From Octopus bimaculoides (lineage: Eukaryota), in assembly GCF_001194135.2 (NCBI RefSeq), contig NC_068988.1:71566011-71630010 (forward strand): 64,000 bases of DNA, written 5' to 3'. Both the position numbers and the translations under genes were made by a program. The notes beneath the pieces were generated by a model, which ran no database searches, was not told the DNA's origin, and was given only the letters and a program-made list of their open reading frames with translations. The stretch's first letter is position 1; each line of letters starts with the position of its first letter. This document shows, in pieces, positions 38,031 to 51,900 of the stretch.

Positions 38031-39586
38031 AAGAAAGTTATAGATACGTACTTTTCTCAGTAGATATTTTGTAAACAAATCTCTCAGGATTTATCTATCT
38101 AACTGTCTCATTCTAATGTGAACTATTTATTGCTTATTATCCTTTCTACTTTTCCCTTGTAGGCATAAGGTTTGAAATGCCGCTAACGATTTTGCTAGCT
38201 CGCCATAAGTATATATAGTAATAGTAAGTATATATAATAAGTATTCACTTACTATTCAACCGTTTATTAGACATAAAACGTTATTCTATGCAGAATGTAT
38301 ATAAAAAGTATGCTAGGATACAGACTTACGAATTTATTTCTTTGAAATATACTTATCTAGTGTAATTCTAACCGCATTTCTATCTTATCCTTTTGTCTTC
38401 TCTACATGCACGAATCTATTTTATGTAACTGGCATGCTTCGTTTGATGTTAGGATCGATATCCAATATTAATAGTTTGGACTTTTCCAATTCATGAAGCA
38501 TAAGATTCTTTTACGATAATTTCTTCCATTTAAGATAAATTTTCTTTCAGTTCTTGATTGCTCCTTTCTTGATGTTTTGAACAGTTAATTATTTGATACT
38601 TCAATCCGGTTGTGATTTTTCTTCGATAAATGCCTTTGAAAGCGGCTTTTTTTTTCAGAATAGGCTTGTTTCATAAACATTGGACGTCAGTTTGTCACAA
38701 TATGGTGCTTCTTCCATCATATTTCGAAAGATCAGCATATTTTTCTGATGCATTTTTGTCTGCATTTACATATTGAGTTTAATGTAAACAGAAACATTAT
38801 GGATTGTCATTTTGAATATGCTGAATCAGTCAAAGCAAATAGAAGAAGCAATAGAAATTTTTCAGTTTCTGATGGAATTTCTTCTGTCTTTCATTCAGGT
38901 TTAATTAAATGCATCGATGTTTAAGGCTTTCATTTTAATGGTCACGCTGTTATGAAAACTCATTTGAATTGCAAGCTTCCTTCTACAAACATATGCTCTA
39001 TATTTAAATCTAGAAATTTTCAAAACACTAAAGTGTAACTATTCACCAACTGCAACCGTTGAATTCCTTCTTCTCTGATTTCAAAGAATTCAGCACTTTA
39101 AATTTCGTTACAGTTGCTAGTAATGTCACCGCAGACCGGTTTCAAATTTTATACTCAAATAAATATCAATTTTAATATTTTCTATATACAATATCTATTA
39201 TATACACAAGATGGGTTTCGAGAAAATATCCCTCATGAAGATATCTTCGTAAAATCAGGAACTGAAATTAAAACACGTTTCATAAGGTTTAAGAATATTA
39301 TATTTTATTATTCCACGTGAAAGAAAGATGTGAGTTGTTAATAGGAAGAACACTTTAAACATTGGAGCTCGTTGATTGACAGAAGATAGAAAAGGGTTAA
39401 TCGAATTCGAAACAATATGATGTTTCATTTGTAAAATTTTCTAAGAGTTTCAAAATAGACGGATGTGGTAAAGAATGCAGACAAACATGCAGTCGTGGTT
39501 TTGGTCTAAAATATTCATTACCAGTATATATCACTGTATATGTCAGTTAAGTCGGTACTTATTTTACAATAATATTAATAAGTCAA

Positions 39587-39790
39587 GGCGGCGAGCTGGA
39601 AGAATCATTTGCACGCCGGGCGAAATGCTTAGCGATATTTCGTCTGTTTTCATGTTCTGAGTTCAAATTCCGCTGAGGTCGACTTTGCTTTCCATCCTTT
39701 CTAGATCGATGAACTAAGCACCAGTTGCGCACTAGAGTCGAGCTATTCGACTGGCCCCCTCCACAAACATCTCGGACCTTCTACCTCAGG
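39587..39790 (+). mobile_element. tRNA-derived SINE (short family)
   Basis: GGCGGCGAGCTGGAAGAATC..GTTCTGAGTTCAAATTCCGCTGAGGTCGACTTTGCTTTCCATCCTTTC. Confidence 0.9.
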
Positions 39791-40112
39791 AAACTTTTGG
39801 ACGCTAACACTCTTCGGTAATTGACTTCCTTAATTACAAATTTGTCATAAAAATATTTATTTCCAATAATTATATTTCAATTTCAGAATTGGGTTTAATT
39901 AAATTCACATATCTTTCGGATCAACGTAGTTAATATTTTAGTTACAACAAACATATTTCATCATTATATTATTTTCCAATTACTTCTAGAAATCATGTTT
40001 TTAAACTAAAGACTTTATATTTTCAATCATTTCTTTCTTCAGATCAGAAAAGTAACGATAGAGAGGAGGAGGAGGAGGAAATGGCTGGGGAGAGAGAGAA
40101 GAGAGGAATACT

Positions 40113-40503
40113 AACTCTTTACTCTTTTACTTGTTTCAGTCATTTGACTGCGGCTATGCTGGAGCACCGCCTTTAGTCGAGCAAATCGACCCCAGGACTT
40201 ATTCTTTGCAAGCCTAGTACTTATTCCATCGGTCACTTTTGCCGAACCGCTAAGCTACGGGGGCCTAAACACTCCAGCGTCGGTTGTCAAGCGATGTTGG
40301 GGGGACAAACACAAACACCCAAACACACACACACATTTATATACATATACATATATATACGACGGGTTTCTTTCAGTTTCCACTCACAAGGATTTGGTCG
40401 GCCGAGGCTATAGTAGAATTCACCTGCCCAAGGTGTCACGCAGTGGGAATGAATCCAGAGCTATGTGGTTGGTAAGCCACTTACCACAGAGCCACTCCTG
40501 CGC
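40113..40503 (-). mobile_element. tRNA-derived SINE (long family), near full length
   Basis: Reverse complement: GCGCAGGAGTGGCTCTGTGGTAAG..CACATAGCTCTGGATTCATTCCCACTGCGTGACACCTTGGGCAGG.. then a (TG/TA)n core and the 3' module. Confidence 0.9.
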
Positions 40504-42084
40504 GTACTCAAAGAATGTTTTCTCGAAGTCAAACAGGTATATATACAGAGATATTGAATGTTGAATGAATGCATTTGATTTTCACACTATAGATTTTGTT
40601 GGAGGTTCTTTGTTGATTATTGCTCGAATAAAAATGGTCACAGGAAGTCTTTTTCTTTGAGTCCTTTTCTTTTGGTCTCGTTTGCATCCATATTTGTGTG
40701 TGTAGACCTATTTGGCAAGCAATACTAAGTTCTTCATATTCTACTTCATTGCTACCAGTTTTTAAATGATTCGTCCGCTTAGTTTTACAAGGTTGATGAA
40801 GATAAAATGTAGATCATCGAAATATTAAAACTTTCATTTTTAAGAAATAAATCTAAATTCCCTTTCTATTGCATTCCGTTAGTACGATTTAAAACTCTCA
40901 CTACAATCTGTAAAAGGAGTCAATAATAATTACCTTAAATGTTTATTTAAGGTTGTATATATTAGTAGCTAGACTTTAAAGTGAAATGCGCTATACATTG
41001 TTTATAGCAAATTGCCAAACAATATAAGAACAGTTAACTTTTTTTCCAGCAGTCCAATTTCTTTATCAATATCTCTTCAATTATTCTCTAAATGTTATTA
41101 GATAAATTTTTGCATTGATACACTGCCACAAATATAAATAAATAAGTGACAGGAAGAAAGAAAAGTAGGCTCTACCGATATTAAAAGTCTGACCATCGAA
41201 TATTGATAATACATTGTACTCTTTCTGCAAGCATGCATCCTTTTCAAGTACAATACATATAATTACAAGTAACGTAATATATTTGTAGGTGTAAAGATAA
41301 GCTTTCACTTTGATGAAAATTATCTGTAAGTTTACAATAAATTATCGAATTTTGCATTCATGTCAGGGATTAGAATTTTCTTCTATAAATCGAGGAGACA
41401 CCTGATCGAAAATTATCTTTGGTAAAACGTTTTTCTCGTAATTGCTTTGTTTACCTAAAAGTAAATATGTACCTTCTGTCGATGGCATGCATCTATAAAG
41501 GCAAAAATAACAACACATTATATTTGTCATTCAAGTTCTAATTCTCCACTGGTCAAATACATGGTTCAAATTGCCATTAAAATTGCGAAGAGATTCAATG
41601 CAACTTCTGGCTCAGTTAAAGCATATGAATAAGAGTAGCGGACGTTTTTGCTCAAAGAATGTTCAATCAGGTATTCCTTCAAACATCTTCAATTATATCA
41701 GCCTATGTGACATATATGTAGCTGTTATGAAACAAAATACCTGTAAGCTGATTAGACCTAACAAAAACAAAAATGAATGTATGAACGACCTATCAAATGA
41801 AAAGAATGCAATGTTCAGAGCAAACTCTGTTCAATAATACAAAATATAGAATGAATTTATTGAAATATATAACAGTTACTGCTGTGCACATCTATCTATC
41901 ACTGTATATTTGTTCTACCTTGTCAGTATTATCATAAATTCAGTTTTTATTTCGCTCTACATATGTAGAAAATGATAGATGCCTGTATACTTGTGTAAAA
42001 GCGTTTCTGTGTTTGTAGGGTGAAAGGTTACTCAATATAAGTGTTAAGGTATATGCAGGTATGCATGTACACACACGCACGCAC

Positions 42085-42127
<43 letters not shown>

Positions 42128-42128
42128 A

Positions 42129-42167
<39 letters not shown>

Positions 42168-42232
42168 ATTCAGTGAAGGAAAAATATTAGATTATTTGAG
42201 ATTGTTCTAATGATCAATATTGTATTTATGTA

Positions 42233-42260
42233 CAGGGTGCAGTAAATAAACTGTCGTCTA
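42233..42260. repeat. isolated maT-type TIR next to a gap
   Basis: TA-CAGGGTGCAGTAAATAAACTGTCGTCTA resembles the TIR at 42681. Confidence 0.7.
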
Positions 42261-42632
42261 NNNNNNNNNNNNNNNNNNNNNNNNNNNNNNNNNNNNNNNN
42301 NNNNNNNNNNNNNNNNNNNNNNNNNNNNNNNNNNNNNNNNNNNNNNNNNNNNNNNNNNNNNNNNNNNNNNNNNNNNNNNNNNNNNNNNNNNNNNNNNNNN
42401 NNNNNNNNNNNNNNNNNNNNNNNNNNNNNNNNNNNNNNNNNNNNNNNNNNNNNNNNNNNNNNNNNNNNNNNNNNNNNNNNNNNNNNNNNNNNNNNNNNNN
42501 NNNNNNNNNNNNNNNNNNNNNNNNNNNNNNNNNNNNNNNNNNNNNNNNNNNNNNNNNNNNNNNNNNNNNNNNNNNNNNNNNNNNNNNNNNNNNNNNNNNN
42601 NNNNNNNNNNNNNNNNNNNNNNNNNNNNNNNN
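42261..42632. other. assembly gap (N)
   Basis: N run. Confidence 1.
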
Positions 42633-42669
<37 letters not shown>

Positions 42670-42680
42670 ACACATATATA

Positions 42681-43543
42681 CAGGGTACGGTGAATAAATT
42701 GTAGTCTAAATTTAATCAAAAATGAAAATAACACTGACATTTCAACAGATATATTTACCAAAATTATATAAAATATCTTGAAATACCAAGAGTAAATTTA
42801 CTCAATAACATCGCCGTTGGCTTCAACCACGATCTCCAGACTACTTCTGGACATTCTCCGTGTTTATGTCGGTTAATGCTGCCATAATACTTGTCTTCAG
42901 TTCATCTTTAGTGTTACAAGGAATTATGTTGGTCTCTCGTTCAACTGCGTCCCATACATAATAATCAAGGGGGCTGCAATCTAGGTAGTTAGATGGCCAG
43001 ATGTTAGGGGTGTTGTGGTCGCAGCAATTGTCTGAGAGTCATGACTGGGTTTTTTGGCTAGTGTAGCTTGGTGCACAGTCCTGTTGACAGACAAAAGGTC
43101 TTCCAGCAGCCACCCTCTTCACCCAAGGTAGCACTAACTCCTCCAGGCACTTGAAATATACACCTGTGTTGAATCTGAGGCCGTGTGGGAAGATATATGG
43201 AGGTATATCGTCGCCATCACTAGTGACCACTACAAAAACCATGATATTGACAAGATGTTTGATTTTTATCACTCTCGTTACATGCCCTTAGATTGCTCTG
43301 TCCCCATATTGACACCCTAATACTCTGAAATGTTCGTATTGGAGCTTCCCGTGTGAATGCCAAGCAATATAGTATGTCATTTCCAAATCTGTCTCAGAGT
43401 GAATTGCGTCATGGTGCTGTTTTTCACACAGATGCTCCCCAAGTGATCCTACTATACTGTGTAGTCGACAAAATCAAAACCAAACAATGCGCATGTACGA
43501 AATTAAAAATATAAAATGGCGACAATTTACCCATCGCACCCTG
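42681..43543 (-). mobile_element. maT/DD37D-like Tc1-mariner transposon, internally deleted (863 bp)
   Basis: TA-flanked TIRs CAGGGTACGGTGAATAAATTGT / ACAATTTACCCATCGCACCCTG; MVFVVVTSDGD..PPYIFPHGLRFN..VLPWVKRVAAGRPFVCQQDCAP..NIWPSN..DCSPLDYYVWDAVERETN. Confidence 0.9.
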
Positions 43544-43583
43544 TATGTGTGTATGTACATATATATATATATATATATATATA

Positions 43584-44328
43584 NNNNNNNNNNNNNNNNN
43601 NNNNNNNNNNNNNNNNNNNNNNNNNNNNNNNNNNNNNNNNNNNNNNNNNNNNNNNNNNNNNNNNNNNNNNNNNNNNNNNNNNNNNNNNNNNNNNNNNNNN
43701 NNNNNNNNNNNNNNNNNNNNNNNNNNNNNNNNNNNNNNNNNNNNNNNNNNNNNNNNNNNNNNNNNNNNNNNNNNNNNNNNNNNNNNNNNNNNNNNNNNNN
43801 NNNNNNNNNNNNNNNNNNNNNNNNNNNNNNNNNNNNNNNNNNNNNNNNNNNNNNNNNNNNNNNNNNNNNNNNNNNNNNNNNNNNNNNNNNNNNNNNNNNN
43901 NNNNNNNNNNNNNNNNNNNNNNNNNNNNNNNNNNNNNNNNNNNNNNNNNNNNNNNNNNNNNNNNNNNNNNNNNNNNNNNNNNNNNNNNNNNNNNNNNNNN
44001 NNNNNNNNNNNNNNNNNNNNNNNNNNNNNNNNNNNNNNNNNNNNNNNNNNNNNNNNNNNNNNNNNNNNNNNNNNNNNNNNNNNNNNNNNNNNNNNNNNNN
44101 NNNNNNNNNNNNNNNNNNNNNNNNNNNNNNNNNNNNNNNNNNNNNNNNNNNNNNNNNNNNNNNNNNNNNNNNNNNNNNNNNNNNNNNNNNNNNNNNNNNN
44201 NNNNNNNNNNNNNNNNNNNNNNNNNNNNNNNNNNNNNNNNNNNNNNNNNNNNNNNNNNNNNNNNNNNNNNNNNNNNNNNNNNNNNNNNNNNNNNNNNNNN
44301 NNNNNNNNNNNNNNNNNNNNNNNNNNNN
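43584..44328. other. assembly gap (N)
   Basis: N run flanked by (TA)n. Confidence 1.
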
Positions 44329-44367
<39 letters not shown>

Positions 44368-44404
44368 GTATGTATGTATGTATGTACGTATACGTATAAA
44401 TCCG

Positions 44405-46085
44405 TGGGGAAGGCAATCTTTCTAGGAGAAGGTAACTCTGAATTCAAATCCTCCACTGCTGTCTTGCAGTTATTATCCTTTTGTTGGGCAAAGACTGAGA
44501 GAAAGATACTCTGATATAAAACCACTGAAGCGGTTAGACTCCGGGATAATAAAACATGCGACTTCCGTAATCACCCAGTCATCTTGCCTTGGTTTGTCAC
44601 TGGATATCAGATTCTAGGAGAGGAGTGGGTGCTATACGTGTCGTGAAAGCGTGTGGTATTGATATTTAAATGTAAAGATATTTCTTCAAGTCCCTCGGCG
44701 ATGGAATAGTGGCGACATGTGCAAGCATAACGGGCTGGGAGCGCATAGTCACGAATCTGTATGCGGGCGGCTCAGGGCCAATCTAACGTGGCTGCATTGT
44801 TGAAAGAACAGCCTCATGTCTTGACGTGGTCGAGAGTGTCTAATCAGCCCTCTCTCTGGTAGCACTGCTCACCCAGAAATCTGGGAAAGATCTAGAAAAG
44901 GTGACCAAAACAAATGCCTGTTCTACCATCAAGCTGATCAGCAACCTGCAGCTGAAGGCTGTTCCCTACAGTAGAAGGAATACAAAGAGAAAACATGCAA
45001 GCAAGAAATATAGATTATGGGTAAGTGTATGGAATGTCAGGACACTTCTTGATCTTGAAGAGTCAAGTAACCCTGAACGGCGAACTGGCATAATAGCCAA
45101 GGAGTTGGCTAGGTATAACGTTGACATTGCTGCACTCTCAGAAATTCGGTTGAGTGAAGAAGATCAATTGACAGAAACAGGTGCTGGATACACTTTCTTT
45201 TGGAAGGGTAAACCAAGGGGTGAAAAACGAGTATGGGCTTTGCCATTCGTACCGAGTTAATCCACAAAATAGAACCTAATGATTTCAGTGATGGGGTTAT
45301 GTATTTTCGAGCTCCTCTATCATGCAATCGTTTTATGACTCTTATTTCTGTTTATGCTCCTACTCTTGATAGCAGTAGCGAATCTATCATGGCTTTCTAT
45401 GAAGATCACAGATAGGTTATGGTTTCGATTCGAAATGCAGATAAGATCCTCCTTCTTGGCAATTTCAAAGTCCGTGTTGGATTATGAGACTTGGGATGTA
45501 CTAGGTAGACACGGTTGGGGAAAATAAACGATAATGGTTTCCGTCTTTTTCAGCTCTGCACTGAACTTGATCTCATCATCTTCAACACTGTTTTTCATCA
45601 GAAGGATATCGATAAAGCTACCTGGATGCACCCAAGATACAAACATGGACATATTCTTGATTATCTTATCACCAGGAAACGAGACTTTCCAGATGTTTGC
45701 ACTGTCCGAGTCATGCGAGGTGCAGAACACGGGACTGACCATATGCTCATACGCGGTAAATTGAAACTACGCATCATGCGTAGAATGAGATCTAGAGTAA
45801 TATAAGTCCCTAAATGTATTGATGTGTTGAAATTAAGGGACACTAAGGTACAGGTGAATCCGCGAAATGCTATTGGAGAAGTGTAATTTAATTGAACTTG
45901 GGCTCAGTTTAAGACCACTATTTATAATGTTGGAGTTGAGGTTCTTGGTCTCAGAAACAGAAAACATCGGGACTGGTTTGATGAAAACGATCTATAGATA
46001 AATAAACCTCTTGAGGATAAAAATAAGTTGCACCAGAAATACCTCGGTGCCCCAGATGAGGATAAAAGGCCCTTACTGCAGCCTC
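44405..46085 (+). mobile_element. RTE-clade (BovB-like) LINE, 5' UTR and APE endonuclease relic
   Basis: WNVRTLLD..ERRTGIIAKELARYNVDIAALSEIRLSEEDQLTETGAGYTFFWKGK; SVYAPTL; TWMHPRYKHGHILDYLITRKRD..VMRGAEHGTDH; RKHRDWFDEND. 5' UTR motif GGCAA..CTAGGAGAAGG..ACTCTGAATTCAAA. Confidence 0.92.
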
Positions 46086-46169
46086 TTAAAATGATATAAT
46101 CATCACTCATGCATTCTGTAGCTTTTTTCCTGCAAACTTTCTGCTCTTCTGGCAATAAATTCTAGCTGT

Positions 46170-46690
46170 CAGGATGCTCGTGAATACTTTGTGTGAGCAT
46201 TCCTGTTAACAGATTCCACACTAATCGTAAGTCAGTGATTGCTCTATAATTACTAGTTACATTGCCCTTGATTTTGTCTTTTATAAGAAGTATTGCTCTC
46301 TGTAGTCACCCAATTAGGTGTGACTTCTTCATTCAGGAATCTCTGTAGTGTCTCCCTAGTCTCCCATGTACAACTAAGTTACCCTTGAACTAAACCTGAT
46401 CTCGGCCCTTCTAATTCGGCACTTCTCCTAACACTTTGCTCATTAACGCACTATTTAGCTTTAGATCTGATAGCTTCACACTAATTACTTCTACTTTAAC
46501 TTTCTGTAGCCATGTTGCATCTCCATTATGGTTAACAGCCTTATCGCAAATATCACTCCAGAACTTTCTAGCTTCTTCTGCATACGGCTTCTCAACGTGA
46601 ATAGTTTCTTCAACGTTATGTATTAGGCGATACAATCTTCTCTGGTCTGTCTCAAACAATCCACTGTAAGCAATCTTATTGCTTATGAGA
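46170..46690 (-). mobile_element. R4/Dong-like LINE N-terminal/RT0 fragment
   Basis: FETDQRRLYR..PYAEEARKFWSDI..NHNGDATWLQKVK..VPNWKG; the same region as 6857-7204. Confidence 0.8.
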
Positions 46691-47093
46691 TGAATTCTAC
46701 ATTATTAACTAACAGAATGCATTGTAACAGAAATAAACAAAACGGAGATTAAAAAGCTAGGCACCTTTTTGACAAGTTAACTGATGAGACATCCGTACCT
46801 TCGATGCACCACGACTGTTTGTGAAGCATTTCACCTGCGAGGCACAGGTGCACGATGTGTTGAAACGATCAAAGTGAATAATAAAGAATCTCATGACTTC
46901 CATTTTTTCCTCTCGTATAATTTATAAACTCTATGGACACGAAGGAATTCCTGAAGTAAATCCAGTGGCATATACCTCTATATTGTTGATGACATAAGGT
47001 AGCCGAATACTGTGAACGGGCTTTAATCATTTAAACAGCATACTACAAGATGTATATCCAAATATAAAATTATTACTATTATATATATATATG

Positions 47094-47140
<47 letters not shown>

Positions 47141-47414
47141 ATATGTATATATATATATATATAGTAATACATATATATGTGTATGTATACACATACATAT
47201 ATATGTATGTATATACAAATAGAAAATAGTGGTACAAGTCACTAATGTTTGCTGGAAATAGCAGTCGATAACAGTACGACGCTATGTAACGCTTCGCTGA
47301 ATATATACAGGCAGAGATGTGTACGGCGAACGAATATAAAAAATTTCGTCTTACCTCTAGCTGAAAAATAATACTACTGTATTCCAATAATATTTATAAT
47401 ATTTATATGTATGT

Positions 47415-47416
47415 AT

Positions 47417-47494
<78 letters not shown>

Positions 47495-47500
47495 GGATAG
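47415..47500. repeat. (GATA)n microsatellite
   Basis: Direct reading. Confidence 0.95.
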
Positions 47501-48299
47501 ATCTACCTGTGTTTGCATGTATATATGTATATATGTGTGTAATATATATATATACATATACACTCACACGCACATATAAAGGACAAAGCAAAACTGGCTC
47601 ACAGAATAGACAATTGTAACAACAACAAAATTAATGAGCAGTTAATAAAAAACGAAATTATTTCGAACATTTCATCAAATATAATAAACGCTAGCGGCAG
47701 CTGGAACAACATTGGCACACAATAAAGATAATAGCTATACTAGCAATTTTTAAGGAACAAGTTTACTCCTTTTGTTACAACGATAAAAATGTTATACCTA
47801 ATAATGTTCACCCTAAAAAGGAGTCGAATTTGCCGGCACAGACAAAAATTCTCCTACTTTCACTTTTAGAGAAATGCGAGGATACCCAACTTGCAAAAGT
47901 AGCTGGAAGAGGAAAGCTACGGAATATTAAGAGAGATTCTCTCGACTTAGCGCGTTAAGGTTGGGGAATCAGCCAAAGCCCAGACTGAAGTAGTTTGATA
48001 TACTTCCCCCTACTCACATATGCTTCAGTATTTGTTGCAGAAACGTAAGAAAAAGACGATCCGGAGAATTGGAAACGATGTTGACACGAGGATTGTGGTC
48101 ATCTTTTTACGAGTGTAGTGTTTAGAGTCATGTGATATGTGATGTGTGTTTAGAATGTAGTTGGAAACCTTAGTGATTATTGGGGAAACCATATCAGAAC
48201 TGCATCTAATTGTTGTCACGGAGACAAGGCAGGAAAATGATGTGACGACATGGACAACAGAGAGATGGAAAGAGGCTCAAAAGAGAGAAAAGAAGTTTC

Positions 48300-49600
48300 C
48301 TTGAATTCAAACTTACTGAAGAAGATAAATTAGTCAACGCAGGGGACATTAGGAAACTCAGAAAAGCTTATGAAATAATAAATAAGATTTATAAACGCAT
48401 TAAAACAAAGATATTCAAAAAGAAATTATGCTTAGTATTGAGTGGAAACTAATAACGTCTGATATATAAATACAAGATAGATAAATAATTTTAATACGGC
48501 CATAAAAAAGATCTTAGTTGAAATACTCTGATAATTCCAGAATGACGACAGGAGGTGGAAGTTGCGATATATGAAACATTTGTTGAAGATATATTAAAAG
48601 CTAGTCAGCAACTAAATTCTCAAACAGCTTTGATAATTAACAGATGCATAGAGTTTGGAATGTCGATGTTGTGATTAGGATGCAAAAATGCCTTACCTCT
48701 CGTTGAGGTATTTGGAGAAGTAGAAGCTTAAGCGGCATAGTACTGTAAGGAAGGCATACTGCAGTAATCCGAAATATTCGCTCAACAAAATATCAGCTTT
48801 TGATGTCTTTTATACTGCTACAAATTGGAAGGCACTATATATCTAGTTTTCTGGACACTTATGTAAATCTAATAGAAAGCAATATAGCAAGGTAATATGT
48901 AAGCGTAGAAACATAGTTCTCAAGTGAATTTGTAGTGGGAGTGAAGTGCTGCAAGGTGATATTTCCTCGCCTCTCCTTTATTATATCATTCTAAAGAATG
49001 ATATAATAAAGAAACAACTGGAAATGGAAGAGAATGAATTGAATGAATTTCTGGAAAGTATTTGGCAGATCTGGAATATGCTGATGTCAATGCTTTCCTT
49101 GCAGAGAACGGCGTACAAGTTTGATGAAATCGGGAAAGTATGAACTAAAGAGATAGATATAAATAAAATAAAATTACAGATTACACAAGAGGACCGAAAT
49201 AATGTGTCAATGGAAGGGTACACTGCATAAGAGTTTAGAAAAAGTACTTTTCACCAAAAATATTAACTTCAGCAAAAGAAAAGACATATGGGAATGCGAC
49301 CGTATGTTTTTCTTCTGAGAATGCATGTAGTTCACAGCACTTTGAATGACCATTGAGAACATTGGCACAGCTTGAATGAACTGCAAGAAGACTTATGAAA
49401 TGATAAAAGTGCATGTCTGACAACAACTGGATTCCATTTCATTAGAGTATAGAGAAGATACACTGCAGGTGAAAATTTTTACCAAGCTATGACTGCAGTA
49501 AATAAACTGCCATAAGAACGTTGGCAATTTCCCATCCTGCCAGTAACTTAGAGCCTAATAAAAAAGAAATGGGGAACATTAAACCCGAAGCATGCTCATC
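48300..49600 (+). mobile_element. very degraded LINE RT relic (RTE-like)
   Basis: VLQGDISSPLLY and LEYADV motifs at ~48945-49090; boundaries uncertain. Confidence 0.5.
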
Positions 49601-50044
49601 GACTTCAGCGTACTCGCTAATAAGAATGAAACTTTTTCCTACACATAAATATTCAATTTTCTATGCAGCGAGTTCTTAATTTGCGAAATTATCTCCCTTC
49701 ATTTTGTGAGTCCTTAACAGTTTATTTCATTTCATTAACTAAAAGACAAATTTCCATTCATTTAGAAATGTCTACATACATTATTCTCTATGCCACATAT
49801 TTGAATTATTTAACTTGAGGATTACTAATTATTAGAATGTATGGAGTTCTTATGGACATATAGAGTAGTTTGCCTTTGAAGGATACATCTTGGTCACTTG
49901 ATAATTTGAGAATTAAAAGTGTATTGTTCACGAATCTAGTGGATTCTCGTAGATGAGCATGGATCGTTTCTCTTTTAAGTAATTATCTTGTTCTCCATCG
50001 ATTCGATTACTAATGACTGTTAAAATAAAGATATTTGCGTGTGC

Positions 50045-50090
<46 letters not shown>

Positions 50091-50859
50091 ACATACACAC
50101 ACACACACACACACATGTGTGTGTGTATAAAATTGGTAGCCTGTTTCTATGAATTTTTTAGAGGCGATCAGTAATGAAGAATGTCTCTACTTCATTGACT
50201 AATTGGACGTTGTAAATTATAGCTTTCTTCAGTTTTACTTATTTCAACTACATCATGTAAAATCTCTCTAAAATATTCAACCATATAAACTAATGATAGA
50301 CGAATCTGGTTACGGAATAATGCTTTTTATTCTACCAAGTTGAGTTATACAGTAATACAATTTTTATTTGCATTATTTCCGACTGTCTTTAGTATAAAAC
50401 TTAGAAAGGAGAACTTCTGTAAAAACAATTATTAGCTTAGTGCATTAATGCTTTCATCTTTCTCTGCTGTCACTTATTACTGTTCCAGAAAACAAAAAGA
50501 AACTGTTTTAATAAAACATAAAGATGAAGAACAAGAGTTACTGAAATAGCCAAATAAAGGAGCATTTCCCAATGACTGGATCTACTTTTATTTTTCTTAA
50601 TATTTGCTCAAGGAAATAAATTTACTATCGATTCACTATTGTTTTAATATTTGTAGGATACAGAAATCATGATATGAACGGATCATCATTTGTATTTCGT
50701 CCCAAATATAATTTCTTTGAGTATCTTTGAAGAATCAATTAAATTCTATCATAGTGAAGCAAAATAATCAAAGTGTGGAATTTATTCATTTCTAAATTTC
50801 AACTTGTTTGCTAACATTTTACATGATTTATTTTGGAAAGGTTTATGAATCGACTCAGA

Positions 50860-50975
50860 AAGATATCAGGCATTTTATTCCTTGAGAAAAGGGACTGAAG
50901 ATCATACCGCTCCTCGTGAGAAGGTCGGAGAGTAAAACAAATTTTATTTGCGTTACTTTTTCACTCAGTCCTATA
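50860..50975 (+). mobile_element. mariner right-end relic
   Basis: Ends TTACTTTTTCACTCAGTCCTA-TA, TIR-like; upstream resembles the C-terminal FY..GI..L..RWEKC coding region. Confidence 0.45.
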
Positions 50976-50979
50976 TATA

Positions 50980-51038
50980 CAGGGGTGAGTAAAAAACTTA
51001 GACAAATAAAAATTGCATTACTTTCTCACTCACCCTCG
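50980..51038. mobile_element. 59-bp mariner-type micro-MITE
   Basis: TA-CAGGGGTGAGT...ACTCACCCTCG-TA; imperfect TIRs, TA on both sides. Confidence 0.6.
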
Positions 51039-51900
51039 TATTATTGATGACTTTAATTTACTTATTGATATTTTCGTAGCACATTGCGGTATTCTTATAT
51101 ATTTGTGGGCACATTTTTTACTCAGTGTGAGGATAAAAATAACATTCAAACTTATGAAATAACTACGTAATTTAAGAGACAGGAAAAAGCAACATTTAAG
51201 AATTTATGCCGAGCTGTGATTTCTGTTCTTATCTAGGCATTAAGCCAATAAATATATATTATATGACTTTACTACTTAGATCAGGGATATTTGAAATGAG
51301 AGAAGTAAGGTCCAAGAATGGAATTACAATACAATTTTAATGAGCTCAGTAGGCTATTGGCCTTTCAACAGTTAGAGCCCATAATAGACGAGCTATAACA
51401 TATTTCCATAGTTGAAGGGATTCCACTGTTCACTTCGGATTTCATTTTGTAGAGTAATGTTTACAATAGCCTTGCTTCAATCGGCAACATAGTTTACAGT
51501 GTGAAATTCACATGATTAGTAAGCCCAAGCATATAGTTAGTCAATAATTAAAAAAAACGAAAGCATACGAAAGCATACGAAATAAGACTAGAGCAAAGCA
51601 GGTAAGCGATTGTTGGATCACAGCAATGAAATATGGGGAAATATTGATATAACTGAATAAGATACACTGACCTATAGCGCAATTTAAATGTTATAACCCG
51701 CCCACTCACACAAATGTATGCATGTGCGTATATGTGAGTGCATGCGTATGTGCGACTGGTCAGTTAAAGAAACCAGTCTAAGAAAGGAAGAAAAAGAGGT
51801 ACTGGCCGCTGGTCACGTGACAACAGCAGGCAGAAGAGAAAGACAGTAAGCAGAGAGGGCAACAGAGAAAAGAAGGGGGCGTGGATTTTGGGGAAGGAGA

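Noticed and set aside
38560-39100. Possible hAT transposase relic on the minus strand
   Set aside because: Only a vague HLN-LN-like match across frameshifts; not supportable.
44405-44560. HDV-like ribozyme expected in some RTE 5' UTRs
   Set aside because: Only a CTTCT-AGG-AGAAG hairpin is evident; I could not assemble the P1/P1.1/P2/P3 double pseudoknot by eye. An RNArobo/Infernal search would settle it.
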